A stretch of DNA of 64,000 bases from an uncultured Candidatus Saccharibacteria bacterium (GTDB lineage: Bacteria > Patescibacteriota > CAZHWT01), in contig CAZKPX010000002.1 of NCBI GenBank assembly GCA_964554805.1, forward strand, positions 113,889 through 177,888, written 5' to 3'. Each line of letters starts with the position of its first letter. Positions within the stretch are counted from its first letter, which is position 1. The position numbers and the translations under genes are program-made. This document shows, in pieces, positions 47,957 through 59,017 of this stretch. Under the pieces are notes generated by a model. That model worked only from the letters and a program-made list of their open reading frames with translations. It was not told where the DNA came from and did not search any database.

Positions 47957-48105
47957 AACGCGTATATCATATCATGACGATTGGGTTGACGTCATGATTT
48001 GAACTTTGAATCACCCCGGAAAGTGGAGGCAGGCCCTAGCACGAGTGACGAGCACGGGTTTGCTGCAGTATTGAGTTGCCTTGTGTTGGTGCTGGTACTC
48101 TCGTG

Positions 48106-51057
48106 TTATGCGGTGAGTTTCTTTAGGTAGAATCCAGTGGCCGAACCCTCTACTTGAGCTACTTCGGCGGGTGTGCCAGTTGCTACAATAGTCCCGCCAT
48201 TATCCCCGCCACGAGGGCCGAGATCAATGAGCCAGTCAGCGGTCTTGATTACATCAAGATTATGTTCAATGACGACGATAGAGTTGCCATTGGCCACTAA
48301 TCGATGCAGCACTTGAAGCAGATTGTCTATATCTGCGAAGTGTAGTCCGGTGGTTGGCTCATCCAGGATGTAGAGCGTTTTGCCCGTAGCTCGCTTGGAT
48401 AGTTCTGCCGCTAGCTTGATACGCTGGGCTTCTCCGCCTGACAGAGTTGGCGCTGGCTGACCAAGCTTGATATAGCCTAATCCGACATCAACAAGTGTCT
48501 GCATTTTATTGGCTATGCTTGGAATGTTGATGAAGAAATTTAAGCTCTGTTCGACGGTCATGTCTAAGACGTCAGAAATAGTCTTATCTTTAAAACGAAT
48601 TTCCAGGGCTTCTCTGTTGTAGCGGGCACCATGACAGACTTCGCACTCGACATAGACGTCTGGCAAGAATTGCATTTCTATCTTGATTTGGCCATCGCCC
48701 TGGCAGTTTTCACAGCGACCGCCTTTAACATTAAAACTAAATCGACCTGGCGTATAACCACGAGCTCTCGACTCAGGGGTTTGGGCGAAGATTTCGCGAA
48801 TGGTGGTAAATGCTCCAGTATAGGTGGCAGGGTTGGAACGCGGGGTGCGTCCGATGGGACTTTGGTCAATATCGATAACCTTATCTAGATGAGACAAGCC
48901 TTCTATTCGGTCATGTCGACCGGGGATCTCTTTGGCATGCATTAGTCGAGAAGCGAGTGATTTGTACAAGACATCCATGACGACAGTAGATTTGCCAGAA
49001 CCTGAAACTCCGGTTATGCAGACGAACTTGCCCAACGGTATGGATATATCGATGTTTTTAACGTTATGTTCTTGGATGCCATAGATGGTTAAGAAGGCTG
49101 GTTCTTTGTCTTTTATTTCGATTTTCTTTTTTAGATTAGGTAGCTGGTTGCCAACTTTTTTCTTGCCGGACAGATATTGACCGGTAATTGACTGGGGGTC
49201 TTTGACTATTTGTTCAGGGGTGCCATGAGCAATTATTTTTCCACCGTGAATACCTGCTCCTGGGCCAAAGTCGACCATATAATCGCAAGCCATCATGGTC
49301 TCATCGTCATGCTCTACCACAATCACCGTGTTGCCAAGATCGCGCAGTTCATGAAGAGTGGTAATCAGTTTGGCATTGTCGCTTTGATGCAAGCCGATAG
49401 ATGGCTCATCTAGCACATATAGTACGCCTGACAATCCAGATCCAATTTGGCTGGCTAGGCGGATACGTTGGGCCTCGCCGCCAGATAAGGTGGCAGCACT
49501 TCTTTGGAGAGTCAGGTAGTCCAGGCCGACGTCAAGCAGGAACTTTAATCGTGCTTGCAGCTCTTTGACTATCTGATTGGCGATCATGGTTTCACGGTCA
49601 GATAACTTACCCTGCTTAATCAAGTCAAGAATCCAAGAGCTGGCTTTGTGAATCGATAGGTCGGTGATCTGAATGATTGATTTGTTGTCGATTACGACAG
49701 ACAAGGCTTCTGGCTTTAGTCTTTTGCCGAGACAAGATGGGCAAAGTCTGGCAACCATATATCGCTCTATTTCACCGCGAATATAGTCCGACTCTGTCTC
49801 TTTGTAGCGACGAGTCAGGTTGGGCACGATTCCTTCGAAGGTGGTGTCGAACTGAGTCATGCGACCCTGACGATTTGACCCTTTAACTGTCATCAATTCT
49901 TCGCTACCGAATAATAGCAGCAATTTCACGTCATCTGGTAAGGTTTTGATTGGTACATCAAGGCTAAAACCGTGCTCGGCGGCCACTTCGGCTAACATGC
50001 GATTGTGCCAGGTGTCGGCATTGGCCGTTCTGGACCAAGGCAGGATGCCGCCTTCATTGATGGTCAAGTTAGGGTTTAGAACTAAATCCGGCTCGACTTC
50101 AAGAATGGTGCCAAGGCCGGTACAGGTTGGGCAGGCGCCGTGGGGTGAGTTAAAGGAGAACAATCGAGGTTCAATATCAGGTAGAGAAATATTATCTACG
50201 GGACAGGCAAACTTTTCGCTATAGAGATGATCCTTCATCTTAGTTGGACTAACTGGGAAATCAAAATCCTTATCCAACACTTCAGCGACAATCAGCGAAC
50301 CTGTTCCGAGGCGCAAGGCTGTTTCGACTGAGTCGGCTAGGCGACGTTGCAATTCGTCTTTGTCGGTCACATCTTCTGGTACGATTACACGATCGATTAT
50401 GGCTTCGATAGTGTGCTTATTGGTTTTGATAAGAGTAATATCGTCATCAATCGAATAGACTCGTCCATCTATGCGCAATCGGCTGAAGCCTTGCTTGCGA
50501 AGATCCATGAAAACCTGAGCGTGTTCACCTTTGCGATCTTTAATAACCGGGCCAAGGATCATTAATTTTGTACGAACTGGGAATTTTAGAATCTGGTCAA
50601 CGATTTGCTGAGGAGTTTGTTGGGAGATTTCTCGACCACAGATAGGGCAATGGGGGTGACCGATGCGGGCATATAGTAAACGGAGGTAGTCATAAATCTC
50701 AGTGACTGTGCCGACGGTTGAACGGGGGTTACGAGAGGCTGTTTTTTGATCGATTGAGATGGCGGGACTGAGTCCGGTGATTTGATCTACGTCGGGTTTT
50801 TCCATGAGACCAAGGAATTGGCGCGCGTAGGCGGATAGGCTTTCTACATAGCGGCGCTGTCCTTCGGCATAGATGGTGTCAAAAGCAAGGCTCGATTTGC
50901 CCGAACCTGAAATACCGGTAAATACGACAAATTTATTTTTGGGGATATCCAGGTCGACGTTTTTTAAATTATGTTCTCTCGCTCCGCGCACCGACAGCAT
51001 GGAAGTGCCGGTTTCAATAATTTTGGTGGTTGCTGTTGGGTTGGTTGAATCTGCCAT
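48106..51057 (-). CDS. uvrA: Excinuclease ABC subunit A
   Basis: 983 aa; duplicated ABC ATPase ([10 protein letters not shown]; GVSGSGKST), zinc-finger CxxC pairs, LSGGE signature motifs. Confidence 0.9.
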   Translation of the reverse strand: MADSTNPTATTKIIETGTSMLSVRGAREHNLKNVDLDIPKNKFVVFTGISGSGKSSLAFDTIYAEGQRRYVESLSAYARQFLGLMEKPDVDQITGLSPAISIDQKTASRNPRSTVGTVTEIYDYLRLLYARIGHPHCPICGREISQQTPQQIVDQILKFPVRTKLMILGPVIKDRKGEHAQVFMDLRKQGFSRLRIDGRVYSIDDDITLIKTNKHTIEAIIDRVIVPEDVTDKDELQRRLADSVETALRLGTGSLIVAEVLDKDFDFPVSPTKMKDHLYSEKFACPVDNISLPDIEPRLFSFNSPHGACPTCTGLGTILEVEPDLVLNPNLTINEGGILPWSRTANADTWHNRMLAEVAAEHGFSLDVPIKTLPDDVKLLLLFGSEELMTVKGSNRQGRMTQFDTTFEGIVPNLTRRYKETESDYIRGEIERYMVARLCPSCLGKRLKPEALSVVIDNKSIIQITDLSIHKASSWILDLIKQGKLSDRETMIANQIVKELQARLKFLLDVGLDYLTLQRSAATLSGGEAQRIRLASQIGSGLSGVLYVLDEPSIGLHQSDNAKLITTLHELRDLGNTVIVVEHDDETMMACDYMVDFGPGAGIHGGKIIAHGTPEQIVKDPQSITGQYLSGKKKVGNQLPNLKKKIEIKDKEPAFLTIYGIQEHNVKNIDISIPLGKFVCITGVSGSGKSTVVMDVLYKSLASRLMHAKEIPGRHDRIEGLSHLDKVIDIDQSPIGRTPRSNPATYTGAFTTIREIFAQTPESRARGYTPGRFSFNVKGGRCENCQGDGQIKIEMQFLPDVYVECEVCHGARYNREALEIRFKDKTISDVLDMTVEQSLNFFINIPSIANKMQTLVDVGLGYIKLGQPAPTLSGGEAQRIKLAAELSKRATGKTLYILDEPTTGLHFADIDNLLQVLHRLVANGNSIVVIEHNLDVIKTADWLIDLGPRGGDNGGTIVATGTPAEVAQVEGSATGFYLKKLTA

Positions 51058-51206
51058 AAGTACAATGTCTCTCTTCGTCTTTTCTTTGGGTAATATTAAC
51101 CGTTAAAGTATAGTGGAAATGTCAAGATTGTTCAAGTGTCTAATGGGCTGGAAGTGAGGGCGGATGGAATTGTAGTTTCATCCGCCCATGAACAGTGAGG
51201 ATTAAC

Positions 51207-52391
51207 TCACTTGCTAGGAAGGTTGTAGCCAAGCTTTTGCTTGTGTCTGGTTAGTTCAAGCACCCGCTCTTTGGGCCAAAGATTGATAATCGACTCAGGG
51301 AAGATATGATAGTCAGCGCATGTTTGGCTGACAAAATCTTCCATTGTTTCGACCATGTACATGTGTCTGGCTGGCACTGCATCGCCTCTCGGCACTTGGG
51401 GAGCATCGATATTGATACTGATCAGACCTCCCCGGGCAGTGAACTGACTCAATTGTGGCATCAGGCGAGAATCGCTAAGATATGGTGTGTCGCACTTGAG
51501 TCCGGACTTGAATTCATCAAGCCATTGAGTGGTACCGCTAGGGTATTTGGCCGGATCCAAGAATGTCTGAGCTGCTTGGTGCCAGGCTCGCGACAGATTG
51601 ATCTCGAGGGCAATGTTGTGCTTGATGAGGGTATCGGCAAATGGCAAGCCTAGGCGGAAGCGAAAATTCGTTTCAGCGTCTGGTTGGCCGCTTTTAACAG
51701 TTGTGCTGCATTTGTAGCCAGGATGAGCAAAAATGAGCGCATCGGGATGTCTGTTTAAGACTTCCTGTGCAAATCGACCGTATAAAACAGGGTCTGACCT
51801 GATTTGCTCAAAACCGACTGGGTCAATGTTGGGATGTATGGACAGGATCCAGTACTGACACCGCGCTTGACGCATAGAATAGGCATCCATGCTACCGTCT
51901 GGCAGAGTGTTGCATTCTGCTGCTCTGAGCAACGTGTTTGGCTCGAGATGATAGGTGTCATGCGCTTGAGTTATATCATGCCAGGTTTGAATAATGCGCC
52001 GATCATCGTAATGCGCCACCGCATCAGCTGCTTGACTGCAATACTGATAGAGTCTTAGATGGTCTGCGTCATCAAATGACTTAAGACTGACTCTATCTAT
52101 ATTGGCATAGCGCCACCACTCCGGATGTCGGTGCATTTCAATCATGAAAGCATTCAAGATGCCTTCCTTAACCTGCGGACCATCAGCTTCACGGATGTGG
52201 TTGGAAAAGCCAAAAAATTCGACATTCCTGGACTTCAGGTAGGTTATAAATTGATCGAGTGGCGCTGGAGAACAATTACTGCCTCGGCGTTTCTCAGCAA
52301 GCTCATGTGGAGGTACTAGTAGGCCAGCTTCATTCCAAAGCTGAAGCCCGAAATGATTATGCAGTGAATATGCTGTCAGATTGCTAGACAT
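51207..52391 (-). CDS. Hypothetical metal-dependent hydrolase (PHP-domain-like?)
   Basis: ORF 51207..52463; start placed at the internal Met with a ggag RBS (MSSNLTAYSLHNHFG...); His-rich N-terminal motif is suggestive only. Confidence 0.3.
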   Translation of the reverse strand: MSSNLTAYSLHNHFGLQLWNEAGLLVPPHELAEKRRGSNCSPAPLDQFITYLKSRNVEFFGFSNHIREADGPQVKEGILNAFMIEMHRHPEWWRYANIDRVSLKSFDDADHLRLYQYCSQAADAVAHYDDRRIIQTWHDITQAHDTYHLEPNTLLRAAECNTLPDGSMDAYSMRQARCQYWILSIHPNIDPVGFEQIRSDPVLYGRFAQEVLNRHPDALIFAHPGYKCSTTVKSGQPDAETNFRFRLGLPFADTLIKHNIALEINLSRAWHQAAQTFLDPAKYPSGTTQWLDEFKSGLKCDTPYLSDSRLMPQLSQFTARGGLISINIDAPQVPRGDAVPARHMYMVETMEDFVSQTCADYHIFPESIINLWPKERVLELTRHKQKLGYNLPSK

Positions 52392-52483
52392 CTGCAAGGC
52401 TCCATTGTTTAGGTGCGAATGAGTGTCAGGTGACAGCTCGGCAGGATTATAGCATACTGTCATAAGTATGAGGGACTATAGAT

Positions 52484-53110
52484 TTACATGAGATGGTATT
52501 TTTTGAGGATTGAATCAATGGATTCCGGATTGCCAAGTTGGCCGTATTGCTCGGCGTAAATGCCTAAACGTTGAGCGCCTTCTATGTTTTTCATCATATC
52601 GTCGATGAATAGTGTCTGGGTAGGCTTGGCCCCTTGATCGTTAAGAATATATTTAAAAAAGTCAGCATTTGGTTTGGTGTGACCGATGGTGCTGGAGACA
52701 TATATTTGATCGAAGTGATTAAGCATGCCTCGGTTGACTAAATTTTGATGATGATCGCTGGCAGCATTGCTGGAGATAGCTACTTTGATTCCTTTGTCGC
52801 GTAGCTGTTTAATGCGTTTTAATAGGTATGGGTCGGGATTAATGTGCTGTTCTAGCCAAGCATGAGCATCCTGAGGAGTGTGCGGCTGACCGGTGCTGAT
52901 GGTCATTAGTTGGGCTTGAACGGCATAAATATCCTTAACTTCCACATACTTGTGGTCCGCTAAAAAGTTAATAGCAGCTAGCGCTTGTTGCTGATCTTCA
53001 TTGAGCTTAAAGGTTTTAATTAACTCCTTGGTTAATTCAACGACCATAACGCCAAACCAGTCGAATAAAACTAGCTTGATATCAAATTGGTGGGATTGTG
53101 GTTGTCTCAT
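52484..53110 (-). CDS. HAD-superfamily hydrolase
   Basis: Motif I LVLFDWFGVM, motif III/IV ...ISSNAASDHH...FIDDMMKNIEGA. Confidence 0.6.
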   Translation of the reverse strand: MRQPQSHQFDIKLVLFDWFGVMVVELTKELIKTFKLNEDQQQALAAINFLADHKYVEVKDIYAVQAQLMTISTGQPHTPQDAHAWLEQHINPDPYLLKRIKQLRDKGIKVAISSNAASDHHQNLVNRGMLNHFDQIYVSSTIGHTKPNADFFKYILNDQGAKPTQTLFIDDMMKNIEGAQRLGIYAEQYGQLGNPESIDSILKKYHLM

Positions 53111-53215
53111 GAGTTTAGACCTTTAATTATTGTTTGAAGCCATTTTAACAGATTTTATCTGTAGTTACGGAAAACCCGGGCACGCGTAATATCGCGGCCC
53201 GGGCGGATTGTTTGA

Positions 53216-53506
53216 CTAGTCTAGTAGCACAACATCAAATTCTTGTTGAGCAATCAAGCTGTTTTTGAAGGTTAAATCCCTCGGTTTTGTAAGGAAGCAT
53301 TCGAACACCTGATCGAAGGTAGTGGTGGCATTTGTCGCGAAGCTGAGGCAGATATACTCTCCATCTCGAATCTCATATCGTGACTCTGCTTCAGTACCGT
53401 TTTGTTGGACTCGGTGCAGTGTGCAGCCATTTGGCAATTGCCTGAAATTGGCGGCATCTATCGGGTTCGCAGTTGCCTGCGATGCTATGTTCTGCGGTTC
53501 AAGCAT
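53216..53506 (-). CDS. Hypothetical protein
   Basis: 96-aa ORF only. Confidence 0.3.
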   Translation of the reverse strand: MLEPQNIASQATANPIDAANFRQLPNGCTLHRVQQNGTEAESRYEIRDGEYICLSFATNATTTFDQVFECFLTKPRDLTFKNSLIAQQEFDVVLLD

Positions 53507-53672
53507 TTGACGCTTTTTCTCCCTAGTTCAGAACTAATCAAACGAATCAATTTTAGCAGCTTTTAGTGTAAAAGTCAAAATGCTATAGGCATTTTGTTGT
53601 AATTTAAGTCTTGAAATAGTGTGGTTATCAAACCGGATACTGGGTAGTATCCGGTTTGAAATGAATCGGAAG

Positions 53673-54122
53673 CTAAATCGGTAGCGGTGGAGCTCCCATC
53701 ACATGTCGAGCTTGCTCTGCAAGCAGTCTCAGTACTTGACGCATCGAATCCCGGTAAGCTTCAGGCACCTGAGGGTTCTGTAGCAGGCCAAGCACTTCTG
53801 TGAGTTCTGGTTCGCCAGACAGTAGGCTTGAGATTTCTCCTGGGAGGAATCCTGCTGAGGCAAGCAGCTCGTCCCGGTTGACTTGATCAAGATCCATGGC
53901 CTCGGCGAGCTGCTCCACTGCGAAACGAGTTGGGGTGCGTGCCCCTGACTCAAGTCGACTGACATACGAGTGATCGAAGCCTGCACGCTCGGCAAGCTTC
54001 GATTGCGAGACGCGTCGCGCTCCTCGAAAACGTTTGAGCGTGGTGCCAAAACCAAAATCGCCCCTGATATACAGATGAATTGGTTTCTGAGTGGGCGGCT
54101 GGTTTGCAGCAACAGTACCCAT
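53673..54122 (-). CDS. XRE-family HTH regulator encoded by a conspicuously G+C-rich gene (probable horizontal acquisition)
   Basis: ...LKRFRGARRVSQSKLAERAGFDHSYVSRLESGARTPT...; G/C-rich codons (gcc, ggc, ctg) unlike neighbouring genes. Confidence 0.6.
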   Translation of the reverse strand: MGTVAANQPPTQKPIHLYIRGDFGFGTTLKRFRGARRVSQSKLAERAGFDHSYVSRLESGARTPTRFAVEQLAEAMDLDQVNRDELLASAGFLPGEISSLLSGEPELTEVLGLLQNPQVPEAYRDSMRQVLRLLAEQARHVMGAPPLPI

Positions 54123-54208
54123 CGTGCTTCTCCTTACTACATCTACATGACGACTCTCCAGCCTTAGCCGGATTTTAGTTTAGCGAGGCGATGTTGTCAA
54201 TGCCAAAG

Positions 54209-56197
54209 CTAGGATTGACGCTTGGCTTCGGTTAGTTTGTCGCGGACTTGGGCGGCGTATTCGAAATCTAGGTTCTCGGCGGCGGTTTTCATTTCGTCTT
54301 CTAGGCGGCGAATGACACGCTTGAGCTCGTCTTTGGGTATGGATGCTACATTCAGTTGCTGGAGTACATCTTCGGTAATGTCATTTTCCAGGACGTCAGC
54401 TTTTTGGTGAGGCAGCTGGTCTTTGATGGTTTTGCTAATTGTAGTCGGGGTTATGCCGTGCTTGGTGTTGTACTCAATTTGGACTGCGCGCCGACGCTGA
54501 GTCTCTTCGATGGCGATACGCATGCTTTCGGTCTGCCTATCGGCATACATAATGACATGACCTTCTTGGTGACGAGCACCTCGGCCCATGGTCTGAATAA
54601 GGGCAGTTTTGCCCCTGAGGAAGCCTTCTTTATCGGCATCGAGGATAGCAATGAGTGACACTTCGGGCAGATCCAAGCCTTCGCGAAGCAGGTTGATGCC
54701 GACGATTACGTCGTAGACACCCAGTCTCAGATCCCTCAGAATATCAATACGATCCAGTGTTTCTATATCGGAGTGAAGATATTTGGCTTTGATACCAGCT
54801 TCTTCTAGGTATTCGGATAAATCTTCAGCCATGCGTTTAGTCAATGTGGTAACGAGTACTCGCTGGCCTTTTTTAACCGTTTTACTTATTTCGACTAATA
54901 GGTCGTCTATTTGGCCTTCGGTTGGCTTGACCTCGATGGTTGGATCCAGTAAGCCTGTTGGTCGAATCAGTTGTTCGACAACTTGCTTTGATTGTTGGAC
55001 TTCATAATCTCCAGGTGTGGCAGATACAAAGATTGTTTGATTGATGCGTCGTAAATATTCTTCAAACTTAAGAGGGCGGTTGTCTTTGGCGGCCTGCATG
55101 CGAAAACCATACTCGACCAGTACATCTTTTCTGGCTTTGTCTCCAAAGTACATGCCTCGGATTTGAGGAATGCTGATATGCGATTCATCAACGAATAGCA
55201 AAAAATCGTCCGGGAAGTAATCGAGCAGACTTGAAGGGGCGCTGCCTGGTGGGCGGCCATCAAAATAACGGGAATAGTTTTCAATACCGTTGCAAAACCC
55301 AATCTCGCGAATCATTTCCAGGTCATAGCGGACTCGTTGCTCTAGGCGTTGAGCCTCAATTAATTTATTGCGATCCTTGAAGGCTTTGACTTCGGCTTCT
55401 AGATCGGCTTCTATTTCAGCCAGGGCGCCTTGGAGTTTATCCTGTGGGGTGACATAGTGCTTGGCTGGGAAGATGATGGTTTCATCGATAATGCCAATTA
55501 TTTCTCCGGTTAAGGCGTCAAGTTCGACTAATCGCTCGATGGTGTCGCCTAATAGCTCAATCCGAATAGCTTTGTCTTCGTAGGAAGGTATAATCTCGAT
55601 GCGCTCGCCTCGGACGCGGAACTTGCCTCGAACAAAATTGACATCATTTCGCTCATACTGCAAGTCTGCTAATCGACGCAAGAGCTTCTCGCGCTTAAAG
55701 GTTTCACCGGCTTTGAGTGCCAGAGTCATCTCAGAGTAATCACCTGGATCTCCAAGACCATAGATGGCCGAGACGGAGGCGACGATCAGGACATCCTGAC
55801 GAGTCAATAATGATCTGGTGGCTGAGTTTCTGAGCTTTTCGATTTCTTCGTTGACCTGACTTTCCTTTTCGATATAGGTATCAGTTCGGGCAATATAGGC
55901 TTCCGGTTGGTAATAATCGTAGTATGAAACGAAATACTCGACGGCGTTATGAGGGAAGAATTCACGGAACTCGGCGGCGAGTTGGGCCGCTAAAGTTTTA
56001 TTGTGGCACATGACCAAGGTGGGGCGTTGGACTTGAGCTACGATATTGGCCATGGTGAAGGTTTTACCTGAGCCGGTTACACCAAGCAGGGTTTGGAAAT
56101 CATGGCCTAATACCAGGCCGTCTGATAAATCGGCGATGGCTTTGGGCTGGTCGCCTTTGGGTTGAAAGTTGTGATCAAGTCTAAATTGGTTGGCCAT
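54209..56197 (-). CDS. uvrB: Excinuclease ABC subunit B
   Basis: 662 aa; helicase motifs (GVTGSGKT, DESH), beta-hairpin region, C-terminal UVR coiled-coil. Confidence 0.9.
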   Translation of the reverse strand: MANQFRLDHNFQPKGDQPKAIADLSDGLVLGHDFQTLLGVTGSGKTFTMANIVAQVQRPTLVMCHNKTLAAQLAAEFREFFPHNAVEYFVSYYDYYQPEAYIARTDTYIEKESQVNEEIEKLRNSATRSLLTRQDVLIVASVSAIYGLGDPGDYSEMTLALKAGETFKREKLLRRLADLQYERNDVNFVRGKFRVRGERIEIIPSYEDKAIRIELLGDTIERLVELDALTGEIIGIIDETIIFPAKHYVTPQDKLQGALAEIEADLEAEVKAFKDRNKLIEAQRLEQRVRYDLEMIREIGFCNGIENYSRYFDGRPPGSAPSSLLDYFPDDFLLFVDESHISIPQIRGMYFGDKARKDVLVEYGFRMQAAKDNRPLKFEEYLRRINQTIFVSATPGDYEVQQSKQVVEQLIRPTGLLDPTIEVKPTEGQIDDLLVEISKTVKKGQRVLVTTLTKRMAEDLSEYLEEAGIKAKYLHSDIETLDRIDILRDLRLGVYDVIVGINLLREGLDLPEVSLIAILDADKEGFLRGKTALIQTMGRGARHQEGHVIMYADRQTESMRIAIEETQRRRAVQIEYNTKHGITPTTISKTIKDQLPHQKADVLENDITEDVLQQLNVASIPKDELKRVIRRLEDEMKTAAENLDFEYAAQVRDKLTEAKRQS

Positions 56198-56425
56198 ATA
56201 TTATTGCCTAAGAAGCTAGAAGAGAGAAGCGAAAAGTTTGTTTTTGCAATTATAATAATACCGAAAGTAACCCAAAAGGTCTATCTATTATTATACTATG
56301 AATGGATTGGATTGTCAATTACTATGGGTTTTATGTGTAGAGATTTTTAACTCTGGCACAACTTGGAATGAACGCGCCGCATCTTTTTGGGAGAGATGCG
56401 GCGCTTAGTTGGCTTGACGATGCTG

Positions 56426-57061
56426 TTAAACGAGTCGGAAATAATCGAGTTCGTCGAGCCAGCTATCAGCCTGCTCGGCAAAGTCCGGATTCGACTCAGC
56501 AAATATTCGATAGGCGTCGATGACCTGTTGCCGGTACTGAGATGGGATGCCGACAGTAACTAACCCTCGACCAGCCATTTCGACCACATAATGGTGCGGG
56601 TCGTAGAGCAGGCCTGTCAGGACTTGATACTGCAGCTGGCGGAGTTTGCGTGGGACTGGCCAGTCGCCAAGACGAGCTGCGATAAAGGCTCTGACCATGG
56701 AGAGATGGTGCTGAGTCAGCTTCTGAGCTAGCCACTCAAACTCCTTATCAGATGGTTCTGGCACATTCCAGCCAATGTCAAGCCTAAACATGTCGCGATA
56801 GTCTTGATCCTCTTGGGAGGTCGTCCGATCTGTGGTTGAGATGAGGTGATTGTGAACCCCATCGATGCGACAGTTAGGGCAGGTGGAGGCATGGAGGAAG
56901 CATTCTTCGACTAGGCCGCGATGACGGTTGATGTTGAGCCCTCGCGCCATCTTGCAGCATAGCGCTAGGTCCTGGCAAGTGATAGCCGAGATAGCTTGAG
57001 ACGGTGAAGGGTGATTTAGCAAGCTGTCCATTGTGCTCTCTTCTTTCACTATGTCATCCAA
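56426..57061 (-). CDS. Hypothetical protein with CxxC (CPNCR) motif
   Basis: 211-aa ORF only. Confidence 0.3.
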   Translation of the reverse strand: MDDIVKEESTMDSLLNHPSPSQAISAITCQDLALCCKMARGLNINRHRGLVEECFLHASTCPNCRIDGVHNHLISTTDRTTSQEDQDYRDMFRLDIGWNVPEPSDKEFEWLAQKLTQHHLSMVRAFIAARLGDWPVPRKLRQLQYQVLTGLLYDPHHYVVEMAGRGLVTVGIPSQYRQQVIDAYRIFAESNPDFAEQADSWLDELDYFRLV

Positions 57062-57157
57062 CAGTGTCGACGGGCTGATTATAGCACTCCGGTTTGAGTT
57101 GGCAATATATGGTCGGTGCTAAATCTAAAAACTACTAGTAATGCTATAGTTAGTAAT

Positions 57158-57775
57158 ATGAATTCAGTTATTGATGATCTTGAGCAGGTCGACCTGGGCC
57201 TGTTTAAGGCTGAGTCAGAATTGAGTGGCGTTTTAATACGTGGCGGTGCGATGCAGGACGCTGTGCTGGATCGTGCTGAAATTAAGGAGTGTTGTTTCGA
57301 TAAAGTTCGATTGACATCGTGTGATGCTTCTAAAATTTATCTGAAGAAAAGCTCTTTTATAGGATGTGATTTGAGCAATACTCGGCTTAATGATGGAAAA
57401 CTGACCGAGGTTGTCTTTGAGGATTGTAAATTGGTGGGAGTTGGGTTTAACGAGTGCGCCTTGGATACTATAGTATTCAAAAACTGCCTGATGAATTTGA
57501 GCCAGTTTAGTGCTGTTACGGCTAAGAAGTTGACCTTTATTAATTGTCAGCTAGAACAGGCTTATTTTGATCAAGCCAAGATGCCTGGCTCGAAGCTACT
57601 TGATTGTAACTTGAATAAGGCAGACTTCTCTCAGGCAGTGATTATAAAATCGGACATGCGCCGCAGTACCATTGAAGGCATCCGAGTATCTCCGAGTCAG
57701 CTGGGAAATGTGATTGTTAACCCCGATCAAGCCTTGTATCTGGCTAGGCTGATGGGCTTACAGATTGAGTTCTAG
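57158..57775 (+). CDS. Pentapeptide-repeat protein
   Basis: Tandem A(D/N)LxX-type pentapeptides (...CDLSNTRLNDGKLTEVVFEDCKLVGVGFNECALDTIVFKNC...); internal Met start preferred over the track start at 57116. Confidence 0.7.
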   Translation: MNSVIDDLEQVDLGLFKAESELSGVLIRGGAMQDAVLDRAEIKECCFDKVRLTSCDASKIYLKKSSFIGCDLSNTRLNDGKLTEVVFEDCKLVGVGFNECALDTIVFKNCLMNLSQFSAVTAKKLTFINCQLEQAYFDQAKMPGSKLLDCNLNKADFSQAVIIKSDMRRSTIEGIRVSPSQLGNVIVNPDQALYLARLMGLQIEF

Positions 57776-57968
57776 ATTGGGCCTTTGGTTGAGTTTTGGC
57801 TAGACGCTTGGAGCGCAATTTGTGGCTGGTATAGTACATTTGGTGGCTGAAACATAAAACCTGGCCATCGCATCGCTGCTTAGACTTCTGAGCTAAGTCA
57901 GGCGAAATGGTTTTGAAACACTGTTTGCAATGATATATGTTTGTCACTGGAGTAATATATTGCTTCAT
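57744..57968 (-). CDS. Small Cys-rich (zinc-ribbon-like) hypothetical protein
   Basis: 74 aa; CKQC...C..C; overlaps the 3' end of the pentapeptide gene, so may be spurious. Confidence 0.2.
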   Translation of the reverse strand: MKQYITPVTNIYHCKQCFKTISPDLAQKSKQRCDGQVLCFSHQMYYTSHKLRSKRLAKTQPKAQSRTQSVSPSA

Positions 57969-58192
57969 ATCTTAAGGGGAACTCTCGTCGTTGCCCGCCT
58001 CTTTCTTGATAGCACTAATGTATACATAAGTGATAGTTCATTGCAACAGACAAGCTCAGCTATCTCAGATATTCGCGATGCCTCATGCCCTTGACTTGCA
58101 CGCGTAAAGCCAAGCATGATTGTTTTTTATGCCGCTGTAGCGCGGCGAAAATCGCATCCAACATGTCCAGTCCGAAACATAGTTTTGGCATG

Positions 58193-58250
58193 TTGACATT
58201 CGGGTAATTTATGGGTAAAGTAATTATACGAACAAAATACGAAGCACATA
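58193..58250 (+). promoter_or_regulatory. Putative lexA promoter (ttgaca-17 bp-taaagt) with candidate operators: GAAC-N7-GAAG direct repeat and a 12-bp palindrome ATTAGTACTAAT
   Basis: Sequence read directly 45-105 bp upstream of the lexA ATG; operator identity is inference. Confidence 0.3.
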
Positions 58251-58296
58251 GACATTAGTACTAATAAAACATTGCCCTAGGCAGGAGGAGGTCGAA

Positions 58297-58914
58297 ATGG
58301 CCGTTACTTTATACAAAAAACAACGACAGATTGTTGACTATATTGAATCTTTTATTCGAACCAATGGCTACTCCCCTACTCTGCAGGAGATAGCTGATTC
58401 TATCGGTGTCAAAAGCCTAGCTACAGTCCACGAGCATCTCAGTGCTTTGGCTAAGAAGGGTGTTATTCGTAAAGTGGCTGGCGAGGTGCGTGGCATTGAG
58501 TTGGCGGAGCAAAGAATGGGCCATGTTATGGATGGTGTGGAAGTGCCTTTGTTTGGCTATATTGCAGCTGGCTCACCTATTGAAGCCATTGAGAGTCAGA
58601 GCGAGACGGTGACCATACCGGGAGATATGGTCGGCCGTAAGCGCACGTATGTGTTGCAAGTACGTGGCAAGAGTATGATTGAGGCCTGTATTGATGACGG
58701 GGATCACGTGGTGATTGAAGAAGCTAATACTGCTAACAACGGTGATATTGTGGTAGCCTTGCTTGATAACGAGTTTGCTACGCTCAAGAGATACTTTAAG
58801 GAAAAAGATCATATTCGCTTAGAGCCAGCTAATAGTACTATGAGTCCGATTCGAGCTAAGAATGTGACCGTTCAAGGTAAAGTGGTGGGTGTTATCCGTC
58901 GGTATACTCACTAG
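58297..58914 (+). CDS. lexA: LexA repressor (S24 peptidase family)
   Basis: N-terminal wHTH (LTLYKKQRQIVDYI...GYSPTLQEIAD), Ala-Gly cleavage site region, Ser...Lys dyad (VRGKSM ... KRY). Confidence 0.85.
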   Translation: MAVTLYKKQRQIVDYIESFIRTNGYSPTLQEIADSIGVKSLATVHEHLSALAKKGVIRKVAGEVRGIELAEQRMGHVMDGVEVPLFGYIAAGSPIEAIESQSETVTIPGDMVGRKRTYVLQVRGKSMIEACIDDGDHVVIEEANTANNGDIVVALLDNEFATLKRYFKEKDHIRLEPANSTMSPIRAKNVTVQGKVVGVIRRYTH

Positions 58915-58941
58915 AGAGGGTAAATATATGTGATAAGGAGC

Positions 58942-58985
58942 GGCTAGTCGATTGGGACTAGTCGCTCCTTTGTGTTTGCACAATA
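58942..58985 (+). terminator. Rho-independent terminator (ggagcggctagtc...gactagtcgctcc + tttgtgtttg)
   Basis: 13-bp stem with one mismatch followed by T-run, 30 bp after the lexA stop. Confidence 0.55.
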
Positions 58986-59017
58986 TACGCGCTTGCGCTT
59001 TGCTTGTTGTCAGTCGA

